Assembly: GCF_018350175.1 (NCBI RefSeq)
Contig: NC_058369.1
Coordinates: 3,226,001 to 3,290,000 of the forward strand
Origin: Felis catus
Taxonomy: Eukaryota
Length of the DNA: 64,000 nt
Direction: 5' to 3'
Shown here: piece after piece, positions 21,693 through 33,300 of the stretch
Numbering within the stretch: the stretch's first letter is position 1
Layout of the letters: each line of letters opens with the position of its first letter
Translations under genes and position numbers: made by a program
Notes under the pieces: generated by a model
What the model was told of the DNA's origin: nothing
Databases searched by the model: none
The model's input: only the letters and a program-made list of their open reading frames with translations

Positions 21693-21779
21693 ATCTCCCT
21701 GGCCAGCAGGACACCCAAGGACCAGGGCCTGTGCCACGTGCTGGAGCAGGTTTACAGCCTTCTTAAACAAGGGAGCTGA
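21693..21779 (+). CDS. MPND: MPND exon 13 (ISLASRTPKDQGLCHVLEQVYSLLKQGS*)
   Basis: TTCAG acceptor, TGA at 21777-21779. Confidence 0.95.
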   Translation: MSLASRTPKDQGLCHVLEQVYSLLKQGS

Positions 21780-21950
21780 GGCCCCGCCTGCCAGAGCCTG
21801 GGGGGGCCTCTTGGTCAGACTCTGATCCCCCGCCCCCCCCCCCCCCCGCCGTGGTTTGGGCTGAGGGGGGACTGGGACCAGGGGGTTCTCTTGGGGGCTG
21901 TGCCGCTCTGTTCCTGTGCAACTTAGCTGTGCGGTGGTTGGGGCACGGAT

Positions 21951-21956
21951 AATAAA
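21951..21956 (+). terminator. MPND polyadenylation signal AATAAA
   Basis: About 170 nt after the stop codon, followed by GT-rich sequence near 21976-21986. Confidence 0.8.
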
Positions 21957-22242
21957 AGACAGAAGCAAATAGCCTGGGTGTGTGTCTCACCCTGGGGGGA
22001 GGGGGAGCCCCTGCACTCGTCCCTGGGCACACAGGCTGCTGTCTGGGCAGCGGTACAGGAGGGGACGCTCCGAGCGCCCGTGTTGCGGGCTTCCTGGGGC
22101 TGCAGGGACATCTGGAGGATGTGATGCCTGTGCTGGTGGCTGGGCAGATGACTTTTCCCCCGGCTCCCCTGGACACTCACAGAGAGCCAGGGAGGAAGAC
22201 CCACCCTGCACCACACGGAGCAAGAGGCTATAGAAAGAGACA

Positions 22243-22248
22243 TTTAAT
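22243..22248 (-). terminator. SH3GL1 polyadenylation signal ATTAAA
   Basis: TTTAAT on +; about 1.13 kb downstream of the SH3GL1 stop, preceded by a U-rich run on the - strand. Confidence 0.7.
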
Positions 22249-23372
22249 ACTTAAAAAAAAAAAAAAAAAATCAGGATTACATTTCGATCTGCCGATTGTG
22301 GCCCAGGTTCCACTGCTCACGTCTGCTGGGAGGGCTGTGCTTCCCCCATGTCATGGCAATGAGGGGGCCTCAGAGCCAGGTGTCCCCGGGGCCTTTGCAA
22401 GGTCATCAGAGGAGGGGAATGTGATCCAGTCCCGAGGTCCCCTGGTTGCGCCAATTTTTGGGTCAGGCAAGAGAGGAAGTAGCTGCGGGGCTCGGCTCTG
22501 TTGGTCAGGGCGGCTGCCTGCCTTGGTCTGTCTAGGAAGATGGCTGGGGCCGCTGTCAGCGGTGGGGACAGTGGCTGGCTTGGGATTGGGGAGGCGCCTG
22601 TGACCCTCCTCAGGGCGGTCCCAGGGGTCTGGGACCACCTGCAGGACAGAGGCCACAAGACTCCTGTGGTCCCGTCTGTGGTGCACACGTGTGCCGTGGG
22701 CACGGCTGGTGGTGGCGGTTCGTGTCAGAGGATCGCCCGGTGTGCTTATCTGGGGCGGGGCACCCTACACTTGGGAGGCGAGGAGGGGGTGCGGGGCAGG
22801 GTGGAGGGCACCGGAGGAGGGAGACAACGGCACCTCAGAGGCTGCTCAGAGAGGGCCGGCCTTAGGGGAACCCTGAGGACCCCAAGCTCATCTCTCCCCA
22901 GGGAGGTGGCATCCACGGGTGTGCCAGGGCCTGGGGAGCCCTGGAGTTGGGGCTGGGAAGGAGTGTTGTGGGTGAATTGAAAAGCAGGGTGGTGAGTGTC
23001 GGCCAGGGATCCTGCTCAGAACCCCCATCTCCTCCTGTTCAGGGCAGGTCTCCTGGGGGTGTGTGTGTGTGTGTGTGTGCACGCGCGTGTGAGAGTGAGG
23101 GGGCCCACCTGGAGTTACCCGCTCCTGGAGGCGTGGGAGGAAGTTAGTGTTTCTAAGAGCACCTTAGTGTTCGCCCCCTCGGGGCGCGGGGTCGGGGAGC
23201 GAAAATACTGCCCGGCCCCCAGACTGCCGCCTGGAGCGGGGACCGCGGGGTGGGGGGGGCCCCTCCCCGACATCCAGCCCTGCTGCCCCAGCGAGGCCCG
23301 CCTTCCCCCCCGGGGAGCGCCTGCGGGCGCCGCCCCGGCTGCAGAAGGCCGACGTGGACGGGGCCGACGCGG

Positions 23373-23569
23373 TCACTGAGGCAGGGGCACCAGCACCTCC
23401 ACGTAGCTGAGGGGGAAGAAGCCCGACTGGCCGTGGAGCATGCCCTCGTACCAGTTCTCGTCGATCTGGTTGGTCAGCGTGATGACGTCACCCTCGTGGA
23501 AGCCCAGCTCGCCGGCGTTCTCGGGCTCGAAGTCGTACAGAGCCTTGCAGCTCGGCTGGTCCAGCGGGG
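23373..23569 (-). CDS. SH3GL1: SH3GL1 exon 10, SH3 domain ([65 protein letters not shown])
   Basis: ALYDF...WYEG...[10 protein letters not shown]3 signature; TGA at 23375-23373. Confidence 0.97.
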
Positions 23570-23979
23570 CTGGGGGTGGGGCTTGGCTCAGACCGCTGGC
23601 TCCTCCCCCCGCCCCCCCCCCCCCCTCCCCGGGCTCCTGTCCCCCGAAGGGCAGCTGCTCCTTCCTCCTGCCCGCCCAGCTTTGTCAGGAAGAACCAGGG
23701 GCGAGGGATGGGAATGGGCTCCACGAGTGGTCACCGAAACGCTCCTGGGAAGAGCTAGGGCTGCCCGGGGGCATCGGGGTGACAGAATGACCGTGCCACT
23801 CAGAGGGCCCGGAGCCTGCTGGACACTCACGCTGATGGGGGGGCGTGCCGCCTGGCCCCGGCGCCGAGTCCCCCCCCCCCCCACGACGGGCTGAGAGGAC
23901 TGGAGGAGGGAGGCCCTCCTGAACCGGACTAGCAGGCGGGGAGCATGTAAGGGCGGGGCCGCGCCTGCGGGACACTCAC

Positions 23980-24036
23980 GCATGCTCCTGCTGGGGGTCC
24001 GGATGGGCTTCTCAGAAGATCGGAAGGAAGACGAAG
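23980..24036 (-). CDS. SH3GL1: SH3GL1 exon 9 (ASSSFRSSEKPIRTPSRSM)
   Basis: GAGCAG acceptor, GTGAGT donor, 57 nt. Confidence 0.93.
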
Positions 24037-24142
24037 CTGCTCACACACAAAGCACAGAGGGGGTTGAAGACCCTGGGCGGGGCCTGGCTCTGCGGTTTGA
24101 GGGGGCAGCCGACTGGGGGGCGGCCCCCTCCCCGCTCCTTAC

Positions 24143-24267
24143 CTGTGATCTTGGGGGCCGTGGCACAGGGGAAGCCCCCGTTGGACTGCTCGGGCTCCCC
24201 AAGGTCGAAGGGCTCCCGGGGCTTGGGCTTGTACTCCCGCTTGGGGCGAGAGGAGGCTTCCCGCATC
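24143..24267 (-). CDS. SH3GL1: SH3GL1 exon 8 (MREASSRPKREYKPKPREPFDLGEPEQSNGGFPCATAPKIT)
   Basis: CGCAG acceptor, GTAAG donor, 125 nt. Confidence 0.96.
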
Positions 24268-24732
24268 CTGCGTGCAGGGAGGAGAGAGGGGAGTGGCCGG
24301 CGGCCGAATCCCGTGTTCGCCACCCAGGATGAAGGGACGCCTCCGCCTCCCGCCTTTTGTCCTGCTGCCCCCCGGGGCCAGGCCTGGGCGCAGAGGCCCG
24401 ATGGGTCTAACCACAAGGCCCCCCCGTCGGTCGGCTCCCCCCCACCCCCGGCTCGGGCCCTTCTCAGAGGCTGCCGGCTGGCCAGGTCCTGCCAGACCTG
24501 AAGTCCCTTAGCATGCCCACCCTGCCTGGGAACATGGCTGCACGAGGCTCCCCTTCTCAGGCACTGGACTACGGACTCTGCCCCCCGCCCCCCGTCCGAG
24601 GCCACTCCAGCCCTCCCCTCTGACAAGCGGGACAAGCCCAGCAGGTCTTTCTCCTGGGACCTCCACCCTGAGAAGCTGGTGGCGGTGTCCCGGGTGCCCT
24701 GAGAGACCGGCCCAAAGCAGGACGGGGCTCAC

Positions 24733-24836
24733 CTTCGCTTGAGCTTGTCGGCCAGCTCGTCCAGGATCTGCACGGCCTGCCGGTGGTAGTCCAGCTGGGC
24801 ATCCACCAGCGCAGAGAGCTGGCTCACCTGCTCGAT
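24733..24836 (-). CDS. SH3GL1: SH3GL1 exon 7 ([34 protein letters not shown])
   Basis: TGCAG acceptor, GTGAG donor, 104 nt. Confidence 0.96.
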
Positions 24837-25143
24837 CTGCAAGCGACCGACCGGCTGCTGGAGGGGAGGCTCTCCCTGTGACCCCTCCCCCCAAGGCCGC
24901 CTCTAAAGGGAGCCTCTCCAGAACGCTCCTGGCACAGGGGCCCGGCCCTCTCCCCATCTGCCTGACCCTACTGCTGCCCGTGGAGGTGCCCAGAAAGCTT
25001 TAGGGGGCTTGAAGGGCAGGGTGGCTGCCCCCTTAGGTCCCGGAGGCTCCACCTGGGCGCTGAACCCGCTGCCGGCGGGGCACACGTGACCCCGCCCACC
25101 GGCCCCGCCTTCCGGGCTCCCCCCCAGCGGGGCCCAGACGTAC

Positions 25144-25302
25144 ATCCGTCTCCAGGAGGTTGTGCATGCTGGTCTCCGCCACCTCCTTGGACTCTTCGAA
25201 CTTCTCCAGGGCCTGGCGCAGCTCCTCATCGGGGATCTTGCCCTGCCGCTTCTTCTTGTAGTCGAAGTCCAGGCGGCGGCCCTCCAGCTTCTTCAGGTGG
25301 TG
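25144..25302 (-). CDS. SH3GL1: SH3GL1 exon 6 ([53 protein letters not shown])
   Basis: CCCAG acceptor, GTACGT donor, 159 nt. Confidence 0.96.
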
Positions 25303-25396
25303 CTGGGGTGGGGGGTTGTGTGTGTGAACTGGGGAGCCGCACCGGGCAGGGCGCGGCGGGGGTGGGGGGGGGAGGGACGCGGGACGCGGGACGCAC

Positions 25397-25530
25397 CTGG
25401 ATCTCCTTCAGGTCTTTGTCGCACAGATTCTGCAAGGGGTCGATGAAATTCTGCTTGACTTCTATGTCCAGGGAATCTTTCACCTCCGCCAGGCGCTTCA
25501 TGGACTCCCCGGCATCCAGCAGGGCGTCGC
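25397..25530 (-). CDS. SH3GL1: SH3GL1 exon 5 ([45 protein letters not shown])
   Basis: CGCAG acceptor, GTGCGT donor, 134 nt. Confidence 0.96.
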
Positions 25531-25872
25531 CTGCGGCAGAACCCGGAATGGGGAAGAAACTGTCACAGGAGGCCGCGGCCTAGGGGCCCAAGACACCCCA
25601 ACTTCTAAAGTGTCCTCCCGCCCCGGGGCCCAGATGCCAGAATTCAGGACCCAACAAGGGACCCTAGGGTCTGATCCTGAGCCCCAGCAGCCAGGAGCTG
25701 GCGAGGACGGGTGTCAAACAAGCCCCCGCCGCAAGGACCGGCTTCCCCGGCATCGGCTGCGGCTGGAGGGCAGGCCTGCCAGTGGCTGTGGCCCTACGGC
25801 CAACACTCCGGTCCTCGCTCGTCCCCACGGAAAACTCTGCAGCGGCAGGGAAGTGGCCTCCCGCAGCCTCAC

Positions 25873-26016
25873 CGAAGTTGGACTCGCCGCCCAGCTCCTT
25901 GCCATGGCGGATCATGCACTCGCCCAGCAGGCCCTCTGACTGCGGGTAGCCAGGGTTCTTCACCTGCCCGCGGATCTTGGACACCGTGTTGAGCATCGTC
26001 AGCTTGGCCCGTGAGG
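25873..26016 (-). CDS. SH3GL1: SH3GL1 exon 4 ([48 protein letters not shown])
   Basis: TCCAG acceptor, GTGAG donor, 144 nt. Confidence 0.96.
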
Positions 26017-26915
26017 CTGGAACAGAACAGGCTGGGTAGGCACGCGGCCAGTCTCGCTCACGAAGCCTGGAGGCCTGCGCTTGACCGGCCACCGGCTGCT
26101 CCTCTCTGGGTTCCTCCTCTCCCCAGCACCCTTCTTTCTAAAGCACTGCCCTGGCCCAAGGGACCTCGGTTCCTATGCCTGCTGACAGCCAGGCTCTGCG
26201 AAGAAGCTCCTGCACAGACCTCCCCTTCTCTGCTCACCTCAGCCACAAAGGAGCCCTGGCGGGAGGCAGGAGGTGACCAGCTCCTCTGGGCCCCCCCGGG
26301 CCTCCTCGTCCTGCGGCCCAGCTGTCGTCAAGAAGCTGCCTTCCCCGGCCCGGGAGCAGCACCTCAGAGAAGGCGTGGGGGGCAGGCGCAGGTGCGCACA
26401 GGTGCCCCAGACACAGCCCTCCGCTGGGGTGGGGGGAGGGGAGCCACGCACTTCCCTCTGCCTGCTCTAGGCTCTCCGTGGCACAGGCCTTGAATGGACG
26501 TGACTGCTGTCGCCACGCGTCCCACACCCATCACCTCCTGCTATGGGAACCGGCACCTGGATTGCCCTCAGGGCAAGGTCCCTGTCTCCCTCTCGGACTA
26601 GGGGACCCCACCTCATGCTCCAAGGGTGGGCAACCGATTCCAACTGGTCTAGTGAGTTGGTTATGGGGAAAAGACGCTCTTTTCTGCTGGGACTGTCAGC
26701 CGTAAGGGTGATTTAAGGCTAGGACCGCCACGCAGAATGAGAGCCGCCGGATGAAGTGGACAGAAGTGCAGGACTGAGGACATCCCTTGGACCCTCGGGA
26801 TCCAGCCACACACACAAGCTGCCCACCCTGGGCATTTCAGTTCTCTGAGCTCGTACGTTCCTCCTTCGTGCTCCAGTAATGGGAAAATTCCAGACTAGCT
26901 GGCTGGTACCCCTAC

Positions 26916-26988
26916 CTGGGTTGGGCTGCAGGTACTCAATGGTTCTGGCCAGCACTTCTGTCACAGCCTTGCTGGTAACGTCCACCTT
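26916..26988 (-). CDS. SH3GL1: SH3GL1 exon 3 (KVDVTSKAVTEVLARTIEYLQPNP)
   Basis: CACAG acceptor, GTAGG donor, 73 nt. Confidence 0.96.
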
Positions 26989-27293
26989 CTGTGAAGAGAG
27001 GCAGCGTGTGGGGGTTTTATAACCATCATGCACCGGAGGCCAAACCCGGAGCCCCTGGACAGCCCTCGCCCCGCTCCCTAGCCCCACCTGCCTCAGAGCC
27101 CACACAAGGGCCGCCCGCCGCTCGGAGGGCTGCTGGCCTCCCTGCCTACTTGTGGTTCGCTACGCGGGTCCCCCGTGGCTGGGGAGTCTGTCCATCCAGG
27201 AGCCCCACCCGCAGCCCAGATGTGGCGCTGTGGCCACGGGCACTTGGCAAACAGTGCTGAGCACCAGGCAGGGCGCACCACCTCCCCTGGTAC

Positions 27294-27362
27294 CTTCTCC
27301 ATCTCCTTGAAGTCCTCATCGAGCTTGGTCCCTTCGGCGCCTCCGACCTTCTCACTGACCAG
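27294..27362 (-). CDS. SH3GL1: SH3GL1 exon 2 (LVSEKVGGAEGTKLDEDFKEMEK)
   Basis: CCCAG acceptor, GTACC donor, 69 nt. Confidence 0.96.
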
Positions 27363-30300
27363 CTGGGGGACAGAAGGAGGGAAAACAGTGTGAGCCTCAG
27401 AGGAGGGAGAGGCCCAAGGATGCTTTCCAGCCACGTCCACCACCAGTGGGAGCGGACTGAGGGGTCAGCACATCCACGATGGCTCCCCAGGATGCCGAAC
27501 ATGGCAGCTGATGGGAAGATGGGTGGCCGAGCAAGGCCCCGACTCCAAACCCACACCTTCAAACCCAGGGCTTTGCGGGGGGGGGGGGGGGGGCTCCTTC
27601 TGCTAGAAGGCAGAAGCCTTCCCTGGCCATGCCTACTCGAGTGCCCCCCACCCCCAGAGACCTGCCTGGGGCCAGCCAACAGCTGAGTGACGTCCCCTCA
27701 TGGGGCTGAAGTGCTCACACGCAGCCAGTGATGCCATGGTTCAGCTCTAGGCGTGGGGAAGAGGTTCACCAAAGCCTCTCTGCTCAGGGAACCACACACC
27801 TCCCTCTTCCCACTTTCCCTGCATTTCTGGGAAGGAATCTCGGGAACCCTGGGCCTGACACTTCCCCGATATGGATTCTCCCTGGGCGCCTCTGGGAAAC
27901 CAACAGGTCTGCAGTGAGGAGGAGGTCCTGTGGTTGAACGGATGTGGGAACTGCCTCGTCTCTTTGTGGCCTCTGCCCCCCAAGCAGCGTCAAGAGGAGA
28001 CAGGGCTGAGTGCCCCAGTGGGTCAGGGGCTTTCTACTAGGCTGAGCCTGGGAGTCCAGGAAGGGCCTGGGGTGCAGGTGAGGCCACTGCGGGGGGCAGG
28101 GGGGGGGCAGGAAGGAAGCGGGCTGGTGCAGGGCCTGCCCCATGACTGCTGCCACCTGGAACGGCTTGGGCCTTACGCCATCCTCCCAGGGACCTCGTAG
28201 GAGGGGCAGGGGCCACCCTCCTGCTTCTGCTAGCCACTCGGCAAGGAAAGACCCTGGTGTCTCCCTGGGCGTTGATGGGGCGTTCCATTTTATTTCATGG
28301 GACGGTTTCAGTTCTTTTGATGATGATACAACAGGACATTCTCAAATTCAGTGGTTGCCAGAGAGGGAAATGAGTTCACTGCCTGACGTGAGACCAGACT
28401 CTTCTGGTGAACTGGGAGGGAGCTGGAGCAACAGTGCTCAAAACCACACCTTCCGGGCCCCGGGTGCAGGAGGACAGGGACACGGGCACGGGGCCAACAG
28501 GGACAGGTCTCCGGGGCAGGAGCCACATCCTTCCCCCCAGGGGAGGGGCGCGGGACGACCCTGCAGTCTTCCAGGGGCGGGGGGGTGGGGGTGCCTCCCT
28601 TGGGAGCCCCCAGCTCCTCAGCACCATGCGTAGGGATGGGTTTTCCAGGCCATCCTTGCACCTGGGCACACAGAAGGCCATGCTGGAGGCACCCGGGCCC
28701 CTCCTAGCCTCCCTTCACCCTGCCCGGGAGCTCGGGGCTCAAGTCCCTCAGGTAGCAGGTGACTGTCCCCTACATCCTTTCCCGCCAGGGCTCGTGGTCT
28801 TGGAACCAGCTCAAACGGATGAAAGCATGACGAGAGGCCCAAAGGCAAAAGGGGAAACCAACGGAGCCACACGGCAACGCAGCATCAGAATCCGCACCTC
28901 TGCGTGTGGGCTCGCTGGGCCGCAGGCCGCGTCCAGTGGACAGGCCCCGAGGGCTCCACAGGGAAAGCCGGAAGCCATGTCGGTAACGAGGAGGCACCCT
29001 TGGGTGTGAGGAACGGGGTTTTCTAGGAACCACAGGCCTCCTGTCACTGAGCAGCCAGTCCCGGAAGCTCAGGGGCTGGGACGCTGTCCGGGTGGAGGGG
29101 GCTAGAGGGCCCCAAAGGGCCCGTCTGTGGGGAAGGCTGCAACCCCGACATTTCAGTGCTGCTCAGGAAAAGCGGACCCGACGAGAGCAGCAGACGCGTC
29201 ACAGACAACACCTCCGCCTGTAAAGTCTGCGCCCCGGACGAAGAGGAGCTCACCTTCCGTGCTCCCTCGCTCGGTGCTCACTACAGCCTGTCCTCCTCCC
29301 ACGCCTGGTGGGTCCGCTCTTCCCCTCCACGTCTGAGACACAGCCGGGGACTCCCACGGGCTCACGGCGTGGAGGGGCCGTCCCCCCACTGGCTGAGCCC
29401 CGCCTGGCTGCGGACCCGCTCCTGCAGCGCGATGGCCGCGGTGGTGCGTGGAAACCACAGCCTCCTGGGCCCCACCGATCACCAGCAGTGCTTCCGTGAC
29501 GGCTGCCGCCGTGAAACCCGTGCTGGCACCTCCCGGGGGCCAACACGAAGCCCAGCCCGGGCCAGAGCATCTCCAGAGCTCTGCCTCAGTTCAGACACAA
29601 GCCTGTGCCCCACGTGGCCCCCACGAGCCGAGACTCGGTGGGACCTGGCAGAGGCCTCCGGAGGCGAATCTCCGTGTCCACCTGCGCTCCTCGCCCACCT
29701 GGCCTGGCTCTGCCCGCACGGTGGGCCTCAGGCTAGCACTCGGGGACCGTGTCCACGGAGGGCCTAGGGTGGGGTGGGGTCTCTCCTGGGGGAGGCGGGG
29801 CGGCTGTGTTAACAAAGACCATGGCTGGGCCACCAGGCACCCGCTGTGTGAGTACCGTGCTCTGGGGCACCTCTGAGCCGTGAGGTTCCGGTGTCCGTCT
29901 GCTTTAATGGTTTTACCAAGATTCCGTGGGCCTATCCCACGAGCTGTCGGCCGTGAGTTACCCTTAGAGGAGTTTTAGTGCCAGCACCTTGCCAGGCTTC
30001 CGAACACCTCCAGCAGGAAGGAAGTTCCCTCTCTTCTAGTGGTACCTGTTCTGGAAATTGCACGAATGGACGCTCACCACGTGCCTGGCCTGATACTACT
30101 GCCATACTGCTTCTGACCTTCGGGAAGAGCATGCTCTGCCCCCAGCCCAGGTGGCAGGCACTCCAGGATGGGACAGGGATCTGTGGCTCCATGCCCCTAA
30201 GTTCAGACTGCAGAGGTGCTTGCTGTCGGTGATGGAGCAAGAGACCCCGCTCCCTGTACGCCTCCCTGCTCGCCCGACCCCCTCGTGCTGCTCTCCGGGC

Positions 30301-33300
30301 ACCAGATCCCACCTGGCCTTTCAATGATCGCATCTGCAAGGCTGTGTCCACAAGCGGCTGCATCAGGCAGACGGCGGCCTGTCGCAGGATCTTGTGTTTT
30401 TGTTTATCAGCAGTGGACCTCACGGCACCACCTGTGAACTGGGCACCTGGGAGGGGAGCGAGCTGGGAACGGAGCCGAATCCTCAGCCCAGAGCACCCAC
30501 GTGACTTCCGTGGGTGGGTGCCGGCCTGTGGGCTTCAATACCAAAGACCAGTTGGGAAAGGGGCTGTACTTTCAAAGACTGGCGTTATTGTTCCAGTCTT
30601 GGCCATCTTTGGGGAGTGAGCGATCGGGACACTCGGGAGAGAAAGCGCGGGGATGCAGAATGATCCCCAGAGGGAACAGAGATGCCGTGTGCCATGAGCA
30701 GTGGTCAAGCGGAACACAGAAAGGCCAGGGCAGGGTCTTTCATGGGGGGTGGGGGGGAAGCACGGGGACAACTGTCCACACCGGCAGGCACATCCGTGTG
30801 AGGCCACTTGGTGGCAGCTGGGGAAGTGGCACGAATCCCGCTGAGTGGGAGGAAGCCAACGGCAGCCTCGTAACCGAATCATCTCTGCAAGGAAACCTGA
30901 TCGATACACATGACACGGAAAATGAAGGGGCCGATCTGCAGGCTCAGTGACCTGGGCAGATGATCTGCTTTGATGATCTAAGGGTTTAAGGGGGGGAAAA
31001 AAAAGGAAGAGGAGGCTGGCACAGAGGAGCGGGGAGGAGAGGGGGCAAGCGGGGCTGCTCGGGGCCACACGGTCTCAGATGGGGGCTAACGTTTTCCTAC
31101 TCGTGTCCTACACTGTGTCCAGCCACCTTGTGCTGTGGTGGCCTACTTGTGACGCTCAAGGACCACCTCCCAGCCTAACACTGGAAGTCACCTGACCTCT
31201 CCTGGCGCATGCTTCCCCTCCTGCCTCTGCCTAGCTGACTTGGTCCTGCCCATCTGTGGGCGTCAGGGTGACATTCCCCACACCATCCTCAGAGGTGAGG
31301 GCGAGCCCAGGGCCAGGCGTGGAGGGGAGAAGCTGCCGGTAGGCACTGCTGGAGAGCCCGAGCGACTGGCCTGGAATAGGTGATGGAAACAAGGGGCCGA
31401 GGGGAGCCCCGAGGGCCCAGGCCCAGTCACTCTAGCCCAGCCACTAGGGCTGTGGCCCTAGACTTGCCATCCTGAGGATCCGGGCCAGGGACCAGGCCTC
31501 CTGGCTCTCAGGTGTGAGCACCTGCTGCCCCAGTCAGCGACGGCTGTCAGGAGGGCGTGGACAGGCCAGCAATAGCTGACCGCCGTGGTGTGATGAACTG
31601 TGTCTGCAGCAGGAAGAGGTATGGACCGGGCACGGGAGTCTGTCCTGGCCTTGAGGAGCACCCCTCTGGCACGGGAGAGGAGACCGTCAGACGTAAGAGC
31701 AACGGAGAGAAGAACGTGGGAGGAGTCACAGAGGAGGTGTAAATACGCCCAAAGGGCAGCAGGACGTGGCCGCAAAGCCAGTGCTGTCTGAGCCGGACCT
31801 GAAAGGCCGGGTCCCAAAGGCAGGGCCAGGCCGGGTGGGCAGAGAGAGACATGGGTGAGAGGCAGGTTCGGGCCACGAGGGCTGCCGTTCCTGGACTACT
31901 AAGTGCCGGGCCCCGTATCTACTCAATGAGGACGCAGGGACCAGAGGGCCCATTTAACAGATGAGGAAACAAGGGTGACAGGCCGTGGAGCTGTATGTGG
32001 AGACGGGAGCTGTGCTCAGACCCATGGGACCTGCCAGTCCGCCCACGCGGTGCCCTGTACTGGACGACTGGTGAGGGACGCAAGGGGGGTGAGGCCCGGG
32101 GCCTACACAGGGCCTCCCAGGGCTATGAGGAGGGGTCAGAATGCGGTGTGCACCAGGCCTGGACGTGGGGGGCCCCAAGAGGCCACAGGCAGAGCTGAGA
32201 AATTCCTGAGCCAGGGTGACTTCATGGGGAGGGGCCCGAGGACAGACACACTCTCTCCAAACCCCTTCCCACTTGGGCCGCCCTCCCTGCCGCCTCCTGA
32301 CATCTGGAACGCTCTGAGCAAACGCGGCAGAGCGGCCCCTCTCGGGTCTTCTGTCTCATGACTCAGAAACGGCACGCGCAGGGCGCGGGGCTGAGCTTGT
32401 CTGCTGCCCTGCCCGACAAGAAACTGCGGGGCTCCTCCAAGCTCTCCTTCCTCTTCCCACCCCCCTGCGCCCCCACCTAGGGGCGCCGGCAGAGACACAG
32501 CTGGTGTCCTCTCTGCCTAACGGGACTCTCTTTCTGAAAAGGCGAGGTGAGCCGAGTGTGCTTCTGCGGAGGCGACGTGTGTGGTGCCCCGGCTGCCCCA
32601 GAGCCGCCTTCTCTCGATGTGTCCGTTCCCACCCGGAAACCTTCTGTGGCCCCCAGCGTGCCCAGGATACTCGGGACAGTTTCCAGAGGCCGGGCCCTCG
32701 GGGCCTTGTGAGTTCTCCGGAAGAACTGAAGAACTGCTCGCTGACTGGGGCGGAGCTCCCACTGGCTCTGAGAGCAAAGGTCACAAGACGCAGGGCTGGG
32801 CCACCGCCCCGGGGATGAGGGAGAGGTGCCACTGAAGTAGGGGCCACAGAAACATCATCTGTGCCCAAATGAACCTTCCCGCCCCTCGTGGGTGGAGCAG
32901 GAGGATGTGAAGACGTGTCAGCGACAGACTGAAGGTCTTGGCACCGAGCGACACTTTATCCGTCGCAGGCGCTTAGTAAATATTTGTGCGCTAAGTCGCC
33001 ACCCCCTTTGGTAAACCCCACGGAGGGAAGGGCTCCGACAAGTCAGAACTTCCTTAGGCGTACCGGGAATTCTGCAATTTCCCCGTACCCTTCGGGCTCA
33101 GGGCGCACACTTCCTCTCCTCCTCGAGATCAAAACTCAGTGTTTTCTCAACTGCAGCTTTTGGTGAAACGGAGCAGTGGAAGCGATCAACCAGGAAGAGT
33201 CTCCCGATGTTACGTTCCACACAGAGGCTCCAAACTGGGCATGGTGGCCACCAGATCGGGCCCCGGCGAGCAGACACGCACCCGCAGACACACTTCCGCA

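Larger units (their letters stand above)
13567..21975 (+). other. MPND: MPND gene span (MPN domain-containing protein; acidic/Gly-rich N-terminus, RAMA domain, JAMM/MPN domain)
   Basis: 13 coding exons sum to 1512 nt (503 aa + stop). JAMM motif HSHPHSPALPSLQD (H-x-H-x7-S-x2-D) is intact. AATAAA at 21951. Confidence 0.97.

Noticed and set aside
24037..24042. NAGNAG (GAGCAG) acceptor at SH3GL1 exon 9
   Set aside because: GAG is a poor acceptor; the CAG choice gives the expected 368-aa protein.
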